Shown here piece after piece: positions 1-14,962 of a stretch of DNA of 64,000 bases; position 1 is the stretch's first letter, and every line of letters begins with the position of its first letter. Location: the NCBI RefSeq assembly GCF_009914755.1, contig NC_060929.1. The stretch is one strand, 5' to 3'. This DNA comes from the human T2T-CHM13v2.0 reference genome, Homo sapiens. Under the pieces are notes generated by a model that searched no databases, was not told where the DNA came from, and was given only the letters and a program-made list of their open reading frames with translations. Both the position numbers and the translations under genes were made by a program.

Positions 1-1055
1 AATCTCTGGCTTCTCTTGTGTGTATGTGAGCAACACAACTCCTTATGGAATTTATTAAAAAGAGTTTACTGGTCATAAACGGGCTAGACCGGCAGCTTCC
101 AGTTACAATGAATCTCAGTTTTGACATTGAGTACTCTGCTGTTAGTGACAAATTAAGAGAATGTCAGCCTGAGTGTTCACTCTATCCGGTACCTGTCAAC
201 TCATTCACTTAACAGGTAGAAGGGAAAAGCATTAGGATTACGATGTGCATCAGCTTGGAAGAAGTATCACTGTTGCTTCTTAGTAGCATAACCTGCCCCC
301 AAGCCAGTTAGCAAGAACTTTGATTTGTCTAATGCAGAACCAGTCCCATGTAATCTCAACAAAATCTCAAAGACATTTTTAAGCACTGCTTTGGGTGCTC
401 AAAGAACATTCCTTATCTCTTTTGGAAATGGCACATTTTATTGGAAGTAGTTAGTTACCCCTTATTTCAGGTCTATTCAAAACTTTCACCTTCACCACCT
501 AACTTAATGTTGACTCCTTGGCCTAAAAATACGGGGAAGTTCTGTTAAATGAGCTAACTGCTAGAAATACTATGGCTGCAAATGGAAAGAAATGAGGTGT
601 GTACCATAGACCACATAAAACAATGAAAACAATTTAAAGACAAAACTTACTGAGTAAGAGAAACAGTCTTGCAATATCGAAAGCATATGAGTGACCTGCT
701 GCTTTGGGCAATGCTCTGTAAACTTTGGCATCCACCCAGCACCTCCTGGGAGCCCCTCTGGATGAGAGCAGGCCTAGATAGCCAGCACCTTCCATCTTCA
801 AAATCAGGTTTTCTGACCTCTCATAGAGGGCAAGGCAGCCATTACAAACCAGAACTCCCCAGCTCTGTCAATTTCCTGCTGATTCAGAAGGGGGCAAAAC
901 CTAGGGGTAATTTACAATTGATTAAGTGGCTGATGAACTGTTATTCCCTTTGTTTAAACTTGCCTTTACCCTTTCTAAAAAGCACTTTGTTGAACAAGAG
1001 CTCCATCTATGGGACAAATCAATTATGTGGACTTCTACCCTTAACACATCAAAGA

Positions 1056-1261
1056 TTGTGGTTCTCAACTGAGGGTGGTTTTGCCGCGCAGGGGGCATTT
1101 GGCAATGTCTGGGAACACTTTTGGTTGTCATAACTAGATTGGGGATGCAACTACAATCTGGTAGGTAGAGGGCAGTGATGCTGCTCAACATCCTACAATG
1201 CACAGGAGAGGCCCTACAGTAAAGAGTTTTCCAATGGTAAGGACAAGATTGAGAAACTCTG
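1056..1261 (+). mobile_element. MER20 (hAT-Charlie non-autonomous DNA transposon)
   Basis: Begins GTGGTTCTCAACTG..., contains GGCATTTGGCAATGTCTGG and CATCCTACAATGCACAGG, ends TTGAGAAACTCTG; matches the remembered MER20 consensus over its length. Confidence 0.9.
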
Positions 1262-4200
1262 CTTGTGAACAAGACAATTGGTAAGATTTATGCTTACAGA
1301 TGTACTCTGATTCTGCCACCCAAGGTGAAAAATAATTTTTATTTAAATCATTCCATATTCCCTCACCACCACTTTAAGCTTCTCATCTCCCTAACTTCAT
1401 CTATTGACCATGGATTTGGTGTTAATGATTTCATGTATTTATCTTTATTTTGGCTACTTGGGAAGGAGAATTAAAGAAAAAGGAGAATATTTAAGGCAAA
1501 GAGATGAATTTATACTGGTAGAGTTTTAGGTACCAGTCCCTAAATGGGACCAATACTTTGCCTTCCAATAGGTTGGTCCTACCCTTGTGGCTGGTTATAT
1601 AAATAAAACTGTATCACCTGGTGTTCAAGCCATTGTAGTTGATGTTATTGTTGTAAAGGTCTTTACAATATGTACACAACACTGAGAAAAAACACAACTC
1701 CCTTAGACACTTCACTTAACACATACTGTTCGGCAAGTCTCCATTCAGTGCAATGGGCAGCAGTTTACTAAACAGCATTGTGGAAGACTAAACACTGAAA
1801 GTCAGCTTCTAAGAGGTTTTATTTCTGTCCACTGAGAGGCAGGTATACCCCCTGGAGTTTATAACAGAGCAGATTTTTATTAAAAATATAGCCCTGAGCC
1901 AGGATTTTTTGTCAGCTGAGGTCCCCTAATTGTGAACTATGAGTAAAACTTTGAAGACTCAAGATCCAAGATTATCACAACCTCAGGTGCTCTCTTGCAG
2001 GGACAAAGTCCAGTCCCCTGAAGAGGAATCTTTGTTTCAGCTGCATAGTCCATTGCAACCCCACTGCAGCCACACCAAGAACAGCAAAAGATCAGCGCAT
2101 GTGCCTGGAAATATAACCATCTTTCTTTATATGGGTTTGTGTCACAGCTATCATTTCTAATGACTATGCATTAATTCATCTCATTAAACAATGAGCACCT
2201 ACAATGTGATGTGTGTAGCACCAAGCCATGAGAATGCAGTGCTGAATGAGAGTCCCACTACATGAGATATCCAAGCAAGAGTATTTAATAAAAACATTCC
2301 CTGACTCCAGCCCTTTTTCCCATTGTAGTATGGCATAAGGCCTTGAACGTTGCAGTTAAGGAAAGCAGACATCCTTGAACATTATCTCCTCGTGTATTTT
2401 GTCATTAGCAACAGAAGACCAATTATTAAACCCTGAAGGTTGTTAAGATCTTGTCCAAGTTTTCTACACAATATCTAAATTTCTACACTATGTAGTAAGC
2501 AAAGTCCATAGTGAGAAGTATTTCAGCATCCTGAAAATTTGTATTACATGAGTAATGATTTAATAACTTTCTTCTTCAAGTGCCATCAGCAAGAAATTGT
2601 ACAGTTTTATGGGAACCCTGGATTTATTGGTACTGAATATTGCCACAGCAAGCCACTTTGCCTCATAATTTGTAGGAAAGAAACAAGATTAAAAATAAAT
2701 TTGAAGGGAAAAATGAGTTGAGAAAAATTGGCAACAGGGCTTGTGCAGTATTAATTGTAATTGAGAAGGGAATGTCTTTGCTGAATCCAAGGCATATTTA
2801 TGCATCGTAAGCACTGATGAAACTAGTGCCCCTCAAACTACCAGATGTATGAGCATTGCTTTTAGTCACATGGATCTGATGAGTAGCAAATGTTAAAATG
2901 TTAGTTTCAGTAATTGTAAGTGTAAAAATATAAGACAGAAAAAATAATGCAACACCTACAAACACCATAAACTGTGAAAGGTATTGGGTGGCTCTCTTCC
3001 CAGGTAGGACTTGGTGAAATGGTTGGAGGAGTGTGACACGATAGAGGAAAATTAATGTAAATGAGATAGATATATAAATAAAATGAAATATTGAAACATT
3101 TTATCATATTAGTTCCAAGGACAGGAACTTTCCAGCATATTGAAACACAAATTCTACTACCTAAACATAGTAAACGGAGATGAACTAAGACAACCGGCTA
3201 GGGCTGTGTCTATTCCTAGGAGATCAGTTCACAACAATTTAATCAAAGATGATGGAGTTTGAAAAGGATAAAAAGTCTGAATGATATACCCATAGTTGTT
3301 TGTAACAATATTATTTGCTCAAAAAAGCTGTGGAATTTTGGTTTGCTGGAAAAAAATAGTTCACTTCTTTTTTCTGTACAGAGAAAAATGTTTTAATAAA
3401 TATTAATACTGTGTCTAGATCATGCTTATATTACCAAGAATATGTAATTGCTTTTGTTACCAATAAATCAAGGTTAACAGTTATGCAGTTTGGGGCAATT
3501 GCTTAGATTTCTCATGTTCCATTTGAAAAAGTGAAGTTTATTAAATCATAACCCATTTGTTATGAGTTTATAAACCACTACAGTTTCAGTGCCATGCCTA
3601 TATACTTCAAATATAGAAGGCCAGAATTTCTGCTCAGTCTCTTTCAAGAAAGACATAGTTCTAAGTTTTAAGAAATCATGAGTTTTATGATAGTTTCTGC
3701 AGAATTTTGGAGTTAGAAAAAGTCAAAGATAATGTGACCAGCCCAGACAAGGTCAAGGCAGCCATTACCAGATGGGAGTCCTCCGTGCTGTTCATTTCCT
3801 GCTTGTCCGACACCCATGCCTTTTCTTAATTGTCTCTGTTTTAATGTGCCCACTAATTGTTTATCTCATTGAAGATTTGGGGATTTCCTTAGGCCGTTCA
3901 TTCTATTTGGAGGGCAGATTTAAATACTAAAACCAATGTTTTTTACATTGAGCCCAACTGTTTACCTTCTAGTAATGATTATTATCAACCTTGGTCCTAG
4001 ACCATCCCTTAGGACCATATTAAAACGTGTGTGTAAGTTTGTGTGTGTGCGAATACTGACTTCCTCACAGACAACACTTGCAACATCTGTAGGCAGCTAG
4101 CCAGCAGTCATTGCCCACAGTTCCATTCCTCAGTTTGAGTCTTTCTCAATGGGCTAAATGACTCCATTTCTTCATATAAGTGAGAATCAAATCTCCTCTG

Positions 4201-4334
4201 TAGCTCAGGATTAACTTTGGCAATGAGTTGCTTCCTCTCTTCTCTACATACTCTTTGTGCAAAGTGTGACATCCAGAATGACAGCAATATCCCAGTAGTC
4301 TTCTGATCTAGTGAGCAGTGATGTTACCTCCTCT

Positions 4335-4630
4335 TTTATTCATATTTTTAATTCACTAAAATTTTACTGGGCAGCTACTATGTGCTGTACTCCACACAGG
4401 GTGTTGGAGGTACAAAATGAACCACAAGACACAGCTCCTGCTGTGGTGAACAGCTTTGAATAAATGTACCCTGGTGGAAATAAATGACAACTCATGATAA
4501 GTGAAGTGAAGACAAAAATGTAGGTGTTTTAAATGAAAATAACAAGGAGAGACATGATTTAGATTTTGAGGTCACAGGAGGTTTCTCTAAGGAAGGAACA
4601 TTGAATCCAAGACCAGAAAAATGAATGAGA
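4335..4630 (-). mobile_element. L2 LINE 3' fragment
   Basis: ATTCACTAAAATTTTACTGGGCAGCTACTATGTGC...ACAAGACACAGCTCCTG...GGAGGTTTCTCTAAGGAAGGAACATTGAA resembles a degenerate L2 3' end. Confidence 0.55.
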
Positions 4631-5414
4631 TTATTGTTGTAACTATGTTGATTAATATATCCTAAGACCAAATAAATTTTGAAGACAGCTATATCAATAT
4701 TTGGATTCACTTTGATCTCATTCTCATATTATTCTTGAAATAAATACATACAAACATACACAGATATATGTTTTAAACATACATGCTAAGCTTCATGTAA
4801 GACTCCCTCTACTGGGATAGATGTATAACATAATAAAATGCCCACTCTTGACTTTATTAGTTCAGAAATTACCTTCAGACAAGTAGGGCAGTGGAAGACT
4901 GCATTACAAATCATTCCCTTAATGAGTCTTTCCAGGAATCTTGCCCAGGATGGAAGTCAATTGCACTGGCTGCTAGTTTTCAAAATCTACCTTATTCATC
5001 TTGTTGCAAATGGCATTAACATTTTCTCTCCTCTTTAATCTTCTCATATTCATTCATTGATTCATTTATTCTGCCTTTTGTCCAGGACCTCAAAATACTT
5101 CTACAAGAGTTAGAATGTTTCCACTTTCACGCAGAAGACCTTCAAAATAGACCCTCTCTGGGTAAACCAGAGGATTCCTTTCATTTGGAATGTCACTGCA
5201 GGGCAGTGACAGAGTTGGTCGTGTGTCAACCCTCACTAGACACCCTCTTTCTACCACCCTTGTGCTCTGTGTCCTACCTAAGGAGCACAATCCCTTTTTT
5301 TGGCAAGTCCTTGAAGATCATGGAAAATGATTTACCATTTTCATTTGCAGCTTTTTTCTGTATAATAGTTCAAAACATTGGTTTTGTCTTAACTTTCATC
5401 TTTGCCCCTTGGAA

Positions 5415-5586
5415 CAGGTCATATGACCTCTCCGAGACTGACTTTTATCATATGTAAAATGAGGATATTAAAGAATGCCAATTCCCAAAGCATTTCTGTA
5501 AAGATTACATGAGATACTTCACATAAAACACTTAACAGAATTCCTGGAACTTTGTAAGAATCTAACAAATCATAGTTATTATTACT
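5415..5586 (+). mobile_element. MIR SINE
   Basis: MIR core CATATGTAAAATGAGGATA...GTAAAGATTACATGAGATA...AAAACACTTAACAGAATTCCTGGAAC. Confidence 0.75.
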
Positions 5587-6292
5587 TCTGGTCCCTGGAA
5601 GGCAGCAGTCCAAGCCAAGAAAGTAGAACAGCCAAAGTCTCATTTTCATTTCTTCATACATCCTGTATTTCAGTCCTCATCTACCACTGGGGTTTCCCTA
5701 TGTTTAAAATGCAAATAAAACAACAAAAAATTGCCATTGAGGGTCTTGATTTAACTGCCATCTAGTAATATAACGCAATTATACTAGGTGTGCTCAAACA
5801 ATGAATCAATGATCATTTTCTTCCGAAGAGAATTTAGAAAGCCACTGTTACGGTCTTTAGGGTTTTAGTCTCATTGGCACAATTCTTAAAGCTTTTTTCT
5901 GTCCTGGGAATACAACTTTGCTTTCTCTCAATTTCCCTCTGTGTTGGGGCTAAATGCTCAGAATTTGAGTTTTAAGAGCTCTCCAACTCCCTTGAGCCCT
6001 TTCCCCATTCAATTCTCATAGCATGCAATTTTATCCATTTCTTTAAATATAGATCCCACATCTGCCAGCCTTATCTTCCCAAGCAATCAAAAATTTTCCA
6101 AAGTGATATAGACACTTTATTCAAAGATTCCTCTAACTTCCTTCTCTGCAATTAAACTCCCCATGTTCATCAGAATTGAGGCCATAGGAGCAATTCTATT
6201 TATTTCTTCTCTCTTGGGGAAAATCAACTTGGAAGAAAGGCTGATCAAGAGTGTATCAGACATCTTGCCCCTTTTTTTTTTTTTTTTTTTTT

Positions 6293-6460
6293 GGCTTAAA
6301 CTACAGAAATTTATTTTCTTACAGTTCTGGAGGCTGAAAAATCCAAAGTCAAGGTTCTAGCAGGGTGTGGTTCCTGGTACTTTCTCTTCCAGGCTTGCAG
6401 ACATTCTTGTTATGTTCTCACATGCTGGAGAGAAAAAGCATGCTCTCCAGTGTCTCTTTA
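6293..6460 (-). mobile_element. MLT1 (MaLR) LTR fragment
   Basis: GGCTTAAACTACAGAAATTTATTTTCTTACAGTTCTGGAGGCTG...TCCAAAGTCAAGGT is the characteristic MLT1 LTR end in reverse. Confidence 0.8.
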
Positions 6461-6475
6461 AAAAAAAAATCTTTT

Positions 6476-7115
<640 letters not shown>

Positions 7116-7120
7116 TTTTC

Positions 7121-8041
7121 ATTTTTTAAGTTTTATTGGTATATAATAATTGTGCATACTTATGGATCAAATGTGAAATTTTGATACAAACATATCATGT
7201 GTAATGATAAAATCAGGGTAGTTACCTCCCACTTATCATTTCTTTGTGTTGGGAGCATTTCAAATCTCTTTCAGCTATTTTGAAATGTACAATAAATTGT
7301 TGCTAATTATAGTCACTCTACTGCACTATTGAACACAAAAACCTACTTCTTCTATCTAACTGTGTGTTTGTGCTCATTAACCTATCCCTCTTCATTCCCC
7401 TCCTCCCATCCTTCCATGGTAACTATCATCCTACTCTTTACTTCCATGAGATCAACTTTTTTAGCTCCCACATATAAATAAGAACATGCAATATTTTTCT
7501 TTCTGTGCCAGGCTTATTTTACTTCACATAATGTCTCTCAGTTTCATTTATGTTGCTGCAGATGACAGGATTTCATTCTATTTTATGGCTGAATAGTATT
7601 TCATTGTGTATATATACCACATTTGCTTCATCTATTCATTCATTGATGGACAGTTAGGTTGAATCCAAATCTTGGCTATTGTGAATGGTGCTGCAATAAA
7701 CATGAGAGTGCAGCTGTCTTTCTGACAGTGATTTCATTTCCTTTGGTTTATCCAAAAGAGGAATTGCTGGCTCATGTGATGGTTCTATTTTTAATTTCTT
7801 TAGGAACCTCCATACAGTTTTCCACAGTGGTTGTACCAATCTACATTCCCACCAACAGTGTTCAAGGGCTCCTTTTTCTCCATACCCTTGCCAATGCTTG
7901 CTATTTTTTTAATAACAGCCATCCTCACAGGTGTGAGGTGATAACTTATTGTGGTTTTAATTTGCATTTACTTAATGATTAGTGACATTGAGCATTTTTT
8001 TCAGATACTTGCTAGCAAATTTTACATCTTCTTTGAAGAAA
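7121..8041 (-). mobile_element. L1 3' end plus ORF2 C-terminus (L1MA5-7-like)
   Basis: Second L1 3' UTR starts at 7121; minus-strand ORF 7654-7839 [19 protein letters not shown] is the L1 ORF2 C-terminal motif. Confidence 0.9.
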
Positions 8042-8773
8042 TCAGGCACTCTGCTTTAAGCCCAGTAATATTCCAGCAGGCAGTCTTAGGTTGAATTCCC
8101 TCAAAGAATTCTCCTCTAATCCTTACTTAGCTACCCGTGCCTGCAAAATACCTTCTATTTCTTTCACCTGGTAAAGCTATGTCTAGTATGCTAAAACACT
8201 AATAGTTTTATTATTCTCTCCCTTTATCTACTCCCATGTTTTTTTCTGATATGCTTCCATTTTATAGATTCCAAGCAAGCATATTAGATGTGATTCTTTT
8301 AGCAGAAGATGAAAAAAACCCAATTTGAACTAGGTTAGAGACAAAAAGGCCTAATTGACTTTTGTAAGCAAACTATAGGAAGTACAAGGATGTATAAAAT
8401 CATGCTATCAGAACTCTCTTTGGTTTTCATTTCTTCCTTTATCAATAGCACTGGGACTCTGTAATGAATTCTGTGACATGCCACCTTTAGGAAAAAAATA
8501 CTTCCAGATGCCCGACTGTCAGCCATCTTTAGGAATTTCTTTGACTAAAGACAGTCACCTAGCCCAAGTCTATGCCCACCTTCCAGTACAACCCACATCC
8601 AATCACTGGCCAGTGCAATGGTATAAAGATTAATTCTCTTAGCCTTCCTCATTCTGAGCCCCCGTGTAGTCAGCCAAGGCCATCGCTGAGAAGACATTTC
8701 AGCCCAACGTTGCCTGCTTCTCAGTCTTGCTTTCATCCCTTTCTTCCACAATTATTAATTGCAAAAGGATTCC

Positions 8774-8820
8774 AAAAAAACAAAACAAAACAAACAAAAC
8801 AAACAAACAAACAAACAAAC
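8774..8820 (+). repeat. (CAAAA)n/(CAAA)n microsatellite
   Basis: Directly visible. Confidence 0.9.
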
Positions 8821-10364
8821 TTGCAGCTAGTCTTTGTCTCAAAATCTACTTCCCAGGGTCCTCAACCTTCAATAGCTTCCATCTTCCCATCTTTGACAGC
8901 TGTGAAGAAAGGTGCATCTATTTGGCAGCTCTATTTCAACAAATCTTGAAAAAAGACTCTCCTTCGACTCGAGCACGGTCCAAGTTTGCACCCTGAGGGC
9001 CCTCTGTATCAGGGAGGCCATATTGGAAAGCACAACTGTGGGCCAATCACTGTGGCCTGGGGTCTGAGAAATTATGATTGGCTAACCCAGAGGTAGGTGT
9101 CTGCCTTTATCCCAATATCTTTAGGCAGGAAGAGCAAACTGTACCTCCCATTTGCATTAGAGTTGGGGTTGGGAGAAATGGTTCCCTATAATAAGTGAGA
9201 AGAATGGCACAGAAATGGCCAAAATGGCCCTGGGAGGACCCATGGGATCCTAACACTGTTCTGCCTTCCTTTCTATACCCCAGTTTCTGTTTAATAGGTG
9301 CCTCTTCTATAACCACATTTCAATCTTGAGTCCTATTCTACCCAGAGTGTAGGTGACCATAGCTCTCTATTCTCAAGCTCATGCTGCTTGTTACCCTTAG
9401 GCATACATTCCCTCCTATGCAGGTGCATATTTATTAGTTATTCCTCAAAAGGTATGGGAATTTCATTTTCATGATATGGCACTAGTAAAATAATATATTT
9501 TTCCTTTCTTTTTGAAGATGTCTGAGGTCTCACTGTAGACTTAGTACACAGACCAACCTTGGGACAGGCCCATGAATGTTTATTTGTAAATATGTGCCCC
9601 TTGGTGGTGACGGGCAACCTGAATTAAGAATGACTAGCTTACTGCTTACTGGTCCCATGTGTCTAATTATTATTGTAAATTTTCACCTGCCCCTCAGAGT
9701 TTAGCTAGACTATGTACCAAAACCTTTCCCAATAAATATGTCCAGGACCTAGGCACACAATCTCTTGACTATCACTAGAGAAAAGACCAGAAAAATAGGC
9801 TTAAGAGACTCTTCGATATTGAAAGTGCACTGTTCACACAAGAATGTAAACTGGAACTGAGGAGAGTTTTAGAACTAAGCCGGCCATCACATTCTCTGAA
9901 CATTCAGTCCTCAATGTACTGACTGCTCTTTCCTAAATTCAAAGAGATCTCCAAAGCTTACAGAGTTTAAGATTGACCCTAAACCCAAATTCAAGAGGAA
10001 TAAAATTGCATCTAATCTTCTTGCATCGTTTCACTCAATGGATACATTCCTTCCGCCAACTGATCCTTACTCTCTCTGCCCATTTGTCAAAGTCCGCACT
10101 TCTGAATCCCATGCAGTGTACATTATTAATAGCTGCTAAATTATTTAAAGAGTAAATTTACTTTAACAGATCTTGAAAGCATAATAAGGGGGATGTATCT
10201 CTTATCTTATTTGAAAGGAAATTTGGTCATTTCCTCCTAAAATTATGTAAAATGAGACCAGCCCTGAGGAAAGCAAGAGAAAGGAAAAGAAAATGCCACC
10301 ACAAATTATAGAACTTCCCAACTGCCTCTGATAAGTCAACTTTTTCAACAATAAAAATAAAAAT

Positions 10365-10585
10365 ATTAAACACCTTACATTTACAGAGTCCTTATTATGT
10401 GTCAAGGATGGTATAAAGCACTTCCCATGTATTATTGCATTGTTCCCTTAAAACAGCTCTCTGTGGTGGGTAGATCTTTTACTTAGCCTCATTTTGCATA
10501 TGAGAAATTAACTAAGTGCCTAAGCCCCTCCCTCCCAACCTCAGTTAGTTAATAGCAGGAACAGGAATTAAACTTGACTCCAAAC
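10365..10585 (-). mobile_element. MIR SINE
   Basis: TTACATTTACAGAGTCCTTATTATGTGTCAAG...CCTCATTTTGCATATGAGAAA. Confidence 0.7.
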
Positions 10586-10945
10586 AGGAGCTCCTAATCA
10601 TCACAAGTTGGGCTTTCTTTTGCCTTCCCAGGGCACATGGTTTGTTTGCCAGCTTTTCTAAGGGATTGCATATTCAAAGGGCCTTTTTTCTGTGTTTGGA
10701 AGGCTTTCAGCTCCATTAATTTAATAACTTGTTCATTAGAGGGCTGAGAGTTACAGTCCAGGCTGTGTGATGCAGGTAAGGAGGGCAAGTTTCCTTGAAC
10801 AGGTTCACAATGTGGTTCATGTTTATGTTATGCTCATTGGACCATGACAGTTAAACTGAAATAGAGAGTAAGTCCTTGTCAGATTCTGTTTCCTTCTCTT
10901 TTATGTTTACTGATTTTATCCTTGAACTACTACAAATACTTAGAC

Positions 10946-11035
10946 CAGTCATTTTAACCTTTTTGGGGTTACTGATCCCTTGGAGACTAGTGAAACCTTT
11001 GAAATCTTTTTCTAGAAAAATCTTTATATCCACAT
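10946..11035. mobile_element. hAT-Charlie DNA transposon fragment
   Basis: CAGTCATTTTAACCTTTTTGGGGTTACTGATCCCTTGGAGA resembles a Charlie-family terminus. Confidence 0.45.
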
Positions 11036-11299
11036 GATCAAAAAGCTATTAATATATGAATGTTGGAAGATTTACAGAAGAAGCCGGTCTGTGAAGTTTA
11101 AGAATCTGAGGAACCCATATTAAATACTTCTACTTTGGTCAAATAAATTCAGATTCCTCCCTTGTATTCAGCAAACACCAGAAATGAAAGACCCAGAAAC
11201 CAAAGAAACATCTTCTCCTGGCTCCATCTCCTTGACTTCTCAGGATGAATCCTGGGAAGCCCCAGCCACATCACCAAAGCCACCACACTCAGGCATGCA

Positions 11300-11465
11300 A
11301 TTGGAGCTCTGTGCAAATGTGGCTCATCAGGGAGGTGAGTGGGAACTGGAGTCCAGCTCATGTCCTGCCTGCCAGCCCACTGCTAAGTTGGGCTACATTC
11401 ACCAAGAGTGAGTGTGTTTTCTAATTTGCAGAAAGGAGTCTGTGTATGGATCAGTCAGTGTCCTC
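11300..11465. mobile_element. MER91-like (hAT-Tip100) fragment
   Basis: GGTGAGTGGGAACTGGAGTCCAGC...TTTTCTAATTTGCAGAAAGGAG resembles the MER91 consensus. Confidence 0.45.
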
Positions 11466-11932
11466 CATGACATCTACCCCTGGACTATGTGACAGCCAGA
11501 AATGACCTATGGATAAAAGTCCCCCATTCCCCAAATCAAAAAGCCCCAGCACAGCTTACTCCCAGATGGCTCCCTGCAGGTTTAAGGCATGGCACTGGAA
11601 TCTCAGCTTAGTCCAGATAGCCAGTTTCCTTGTGTCCAGTCTCCATTCTGCATGTGAGCAGCATCGAGATGGTCATACAGTTTTTTGTTGTTGTTGTTGG
11701 GAATCCAATTTCATAGACACGACTTGCCAATTGTTATTCATCACAATGCGTGTGAGATTTAAACAATAAATATTTCCTCTTTGCTTGCCCACCTGCTTAT
11801 CCACCACAGCTTATCTATGCAATGTTTTTGAAATGTGAACCATATTCCTTTCTAATAAGAGCCAGACTAGTTTTCATTTTCCAGTAGTGGAAACTTCACA
11901 GTGAGGATTTTCTGCCTGGTTGGTCTAGTCTG

Positions 11933-12243
11933 ATTATTATTATTATTATTTTTTTTTTTTTTGAGAGAGAGTCTACCTCTGTCACCCTGGCTGGAGTGCA
12001 GTGGCATGGTCTCAGCTCAGTGCAACCTCTGCCTCCCGGGTTCAAGTAATTTTTGTGCCTTAGCCTCCCCAGTACCTGGGATTACAGGCGTGTGCCACCA
12101 TGCCCAGCTAATTTTTGTATTTTTAGTAGAGATGGTCTTCTCCATGTTTCCCAGGCTGACCTCAAACTCCTGGACTCAAGAGATCCACCTACCTTAGGCT
12201 CCCAAAATTCTGAGAATATAGGCATGAACCACTGTGCCCTGCC
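11933..12243 (-). mobile_element. Alu (old, AluJ/early AluS) with (ATT)n-T tail
   Basis: Reverse-orientation dimer, diverged. Confidence 0.96.
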
Positions 12244-14366
12244 TTATAACCCTTCTTAATTGACCTTGTCAGCTATGTGGGAACAAAGGATATGCACCTG
12301 AGTCTTTTATTCATGCCCCAAATATTTCTGAAATACCTACTATGTGCCAAGCACTGGAAAACCCAATAGAAGATAGAGGTAAGAATAGGTGATGATAATC
12401 CATCTTGGAAATGCTACCATCTGGGGTCTATGCCATTAGATTAAAGCTTGCTAGTTAGATCTTCCTCAAGAAGACATAAGGCCTTGACCACATATCTGTG
12501 AGGGCCATAACTTCTCTGGTTTGATTTTTGTACTAATAGCTTCATATCAATATGAAGAATATTCTTGGGTGGCCAAGAGAAATCTGCCTAAAGGCACAAG
12601 ATTAATCCACATGGCCTTTAAGGTCTCTTTTAAACATAATGTTGTAAGGCATTGACAGACAAATCAATCCTCTGAAGTTTCATCATATGCTTGGGTGAGG
12701 AGGAAGCTGAAGGAGTCTGAAGGAGTCTTATTTTTATTGAGCCCACTTGTTTGAGCTACAGAAGAACTAGGGTGTGGGATTTGTTCCAAGCCTCCCAATT
12801 CAGGACCTCCTATCCTTGACTGAAGAAGACACTGTACACCAAGCTTCAGGGGAAATGGGACAGCCAGAGTACAGTACAGCCAAACCACCTTATTCTAAAC
12901 CCACATGTTATTTCATCTTTGCTCTCTCTGTATCTCTGCAAGCTTCCCTTTGCCTCCTGGTTTTGTTCGCTTACTTAACCCTTCAGATTCTGACCTCTCA
13001 TGTTCTTGTGGCCTTGCACAAAAAGTGTTTTCTTTTCTTGACACAAGGTGTTCAGGACTCATTTGGGTGCTGTGCCTCTCTGATGTGCCTCACCATGTCC
13101 CTCAGGACCAGCACCAGTAAACAGTATTTCCCATTCCCAAATGCATCTTATCTTTTCTGGATCTTACGCCCAAAGGTTGGATATTATATTCTGGTACAAG
13201 TGATGACCAGAATGACAAAAATACATTGCATTTCTCAGAGGGCCTCTACCTGAACAATGAGTGACCTGTCCCTTCACTGAGCATGGCTGCAAATTATACT
13301 CTCTTGACTGTCTCCTCTGAAAGCATGATGGTGCTGAGTGCCTGTTACCACCTAATCAATCATTCTGTATAGCAATATCTTCATAGTAAGAAAGTCTTTG
13401 AGAGCAGTGAGGGATCTGAATGATTGGCCATCCCAGTGGCTTTTGAGTGAACTTTGAGCCTAGATCAGAGGCCCCCACTAGAGACAGAGTTAAGAGGGCT
13501 CCATGGAAACACTGTCAATTTTCATGTTGGAGGGAAGAAGAATTTTATCACAGTGTAGCAGCCCTCCTGGCAGCTCTTAGGAGGGTGTTGATGTGTCCCT
13601 GAGGTGAGTTTCAATGCCAATATTATGTCAGTTGGGGTGTTGGTGAATTGTTCCAGAGCAGGTCAAGCTATGCACACTTAGCATTATTTTTTACTATTAG
13701 GAGCAACCCAACAAAAAGAAAATTTTCTCTCATCCAGGGACATAACACAAGGGGAAAAGAAGACGGAAAGAGGTAGAGAAGCAAACCAACAGCTCCAGTA
13801 CCATGGCGAATGACAAGAACACAAAGCTCCAGAAACACTCTCTTGGGTTATATACTTTAAATAATAACTGTGTCTGGGAGAGAGAACTATCAAGGGCCAC
13901 ATGTATTTACATAAATGCTCCCATCCAGAAGAAAAGATGACTAGTTGGAATGGGTTTTCAAAGATTAAAGCAACAAAGGCAGTTGGACCATTTCCATTAT
14001 TATATTTTGTATGGAATTCATGTAACTCATTTGTGTTGTTGTTGGGTTTTGATAAAGAGGCAAATATACCCTGAGGTACATTTTGTGAGTGAAGAAAATA
14101 AAAAAGAGGATTTTGAATAGATTTAAGAATGATTAACACTTTTCAACTGAAAAGCCACTGTGCTTGCCTATAGGGATTAGTGAATCTGGGTTTCCTGAAG
14201 TCAAATGCTGTTTCTCCAATGCATAAAGATAACTATCTTTTATTTCATGTGAAGAATGTGAAGGTAGGATTTGCGAGATGTTAATCTTTATAATAAGCCA
14301 ATGGTTGATTGAAAAGTTAGAAGAAAATGGGACAGCAGGTATGGAAAAGCAGTTTATGACTGATGA

Positions 14367-14437
14367 GAAGGAAGAAGAGGAAGAGAAGAAGAAGAAGAAG
14401 GAGAAGGAGGAGGAGGAGGAGGGAGAGGAGGAAGAGG
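14367..14437 (+). repeat. GA-rich low-complexity tract (GAA/GAG)n
   Basis: Directly visible. Confidence 0.9.
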
Positions 14438-14519
14438 TATGGGGTGGGAAGAAAGAACCGCCACCACAGTAATGCCCTGGGTTTGTAGGCTGCTTTAACA
14501 TTTATAAAATGCTCTCATC

Positions 14520-14632
14520 ACTAGAATATACACTTCTTAAAGATAGAAATTTGTCTTAACTATCTTTGATTCCTCAGTTCTTAACATAATGCCTGACTAA
14601 TGGTAATAACTCAATAAGTATTAGTTTCATGA
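14520..14632 (+). mobile_element. L2 3' terminus
   Basis: TAGAATATACACTTCTTAAAGATAG...TAACATAATGCCTGAC...CTCAATAAGTATT. Confidence 0.6.
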
Positions 14633-14689
14633 CTACACTAAAGAAGAGTTGAGTGACTAAATTTACTATTTTATTTAATTTTTACTATA

Positions 14690-14830
14690 ATTCTATGAGC
14701 TTGGATTTATTATCTTGGTTTAATATATGAAGATTTCAAGACATATACAGAGTAAATAACTTATGCAAGATCACATAAGCCAAAAGTACAGCCAGAATTT
14801 CAGTCCAAGTTTTCTGTCCTTAGCCAGGGC
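14690..14830 (-). mobile_element. MIR fragment
   Basis: GAGTAAATAACTTATGCAAGATCACATAAGC...CAGAATTTCAGTCCAAG. Confidence 0.55.
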
Positions 14831-14962
14831 CTTTTTACAGTAACAAAGCTCAGATTCTTGGATGACTTAGGATTGGAACTGATTTTGAAATGAAACTTAT
14901 GTTGGGTGTAGAAAATAAAACAAGAAAAGAGATACTTTGCTTTACTTTTTAAGGTCAATTGC

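Noticed and set aside
669-1133. 154-aa ORF
   Set aside because: Non-ATG start, runs into MER20, no recognisable domain
12774-13253. 159-aa ORF with hydrophobic stretches
   Set aside because: Non-ATG start, no family motif; consistent with chance in T-rich DNA
14133-14501. Poly-Ser/Phe and poly-Glu/Lys ORFs
   Set aside because: Translations of the GA-rich low-complexity tract
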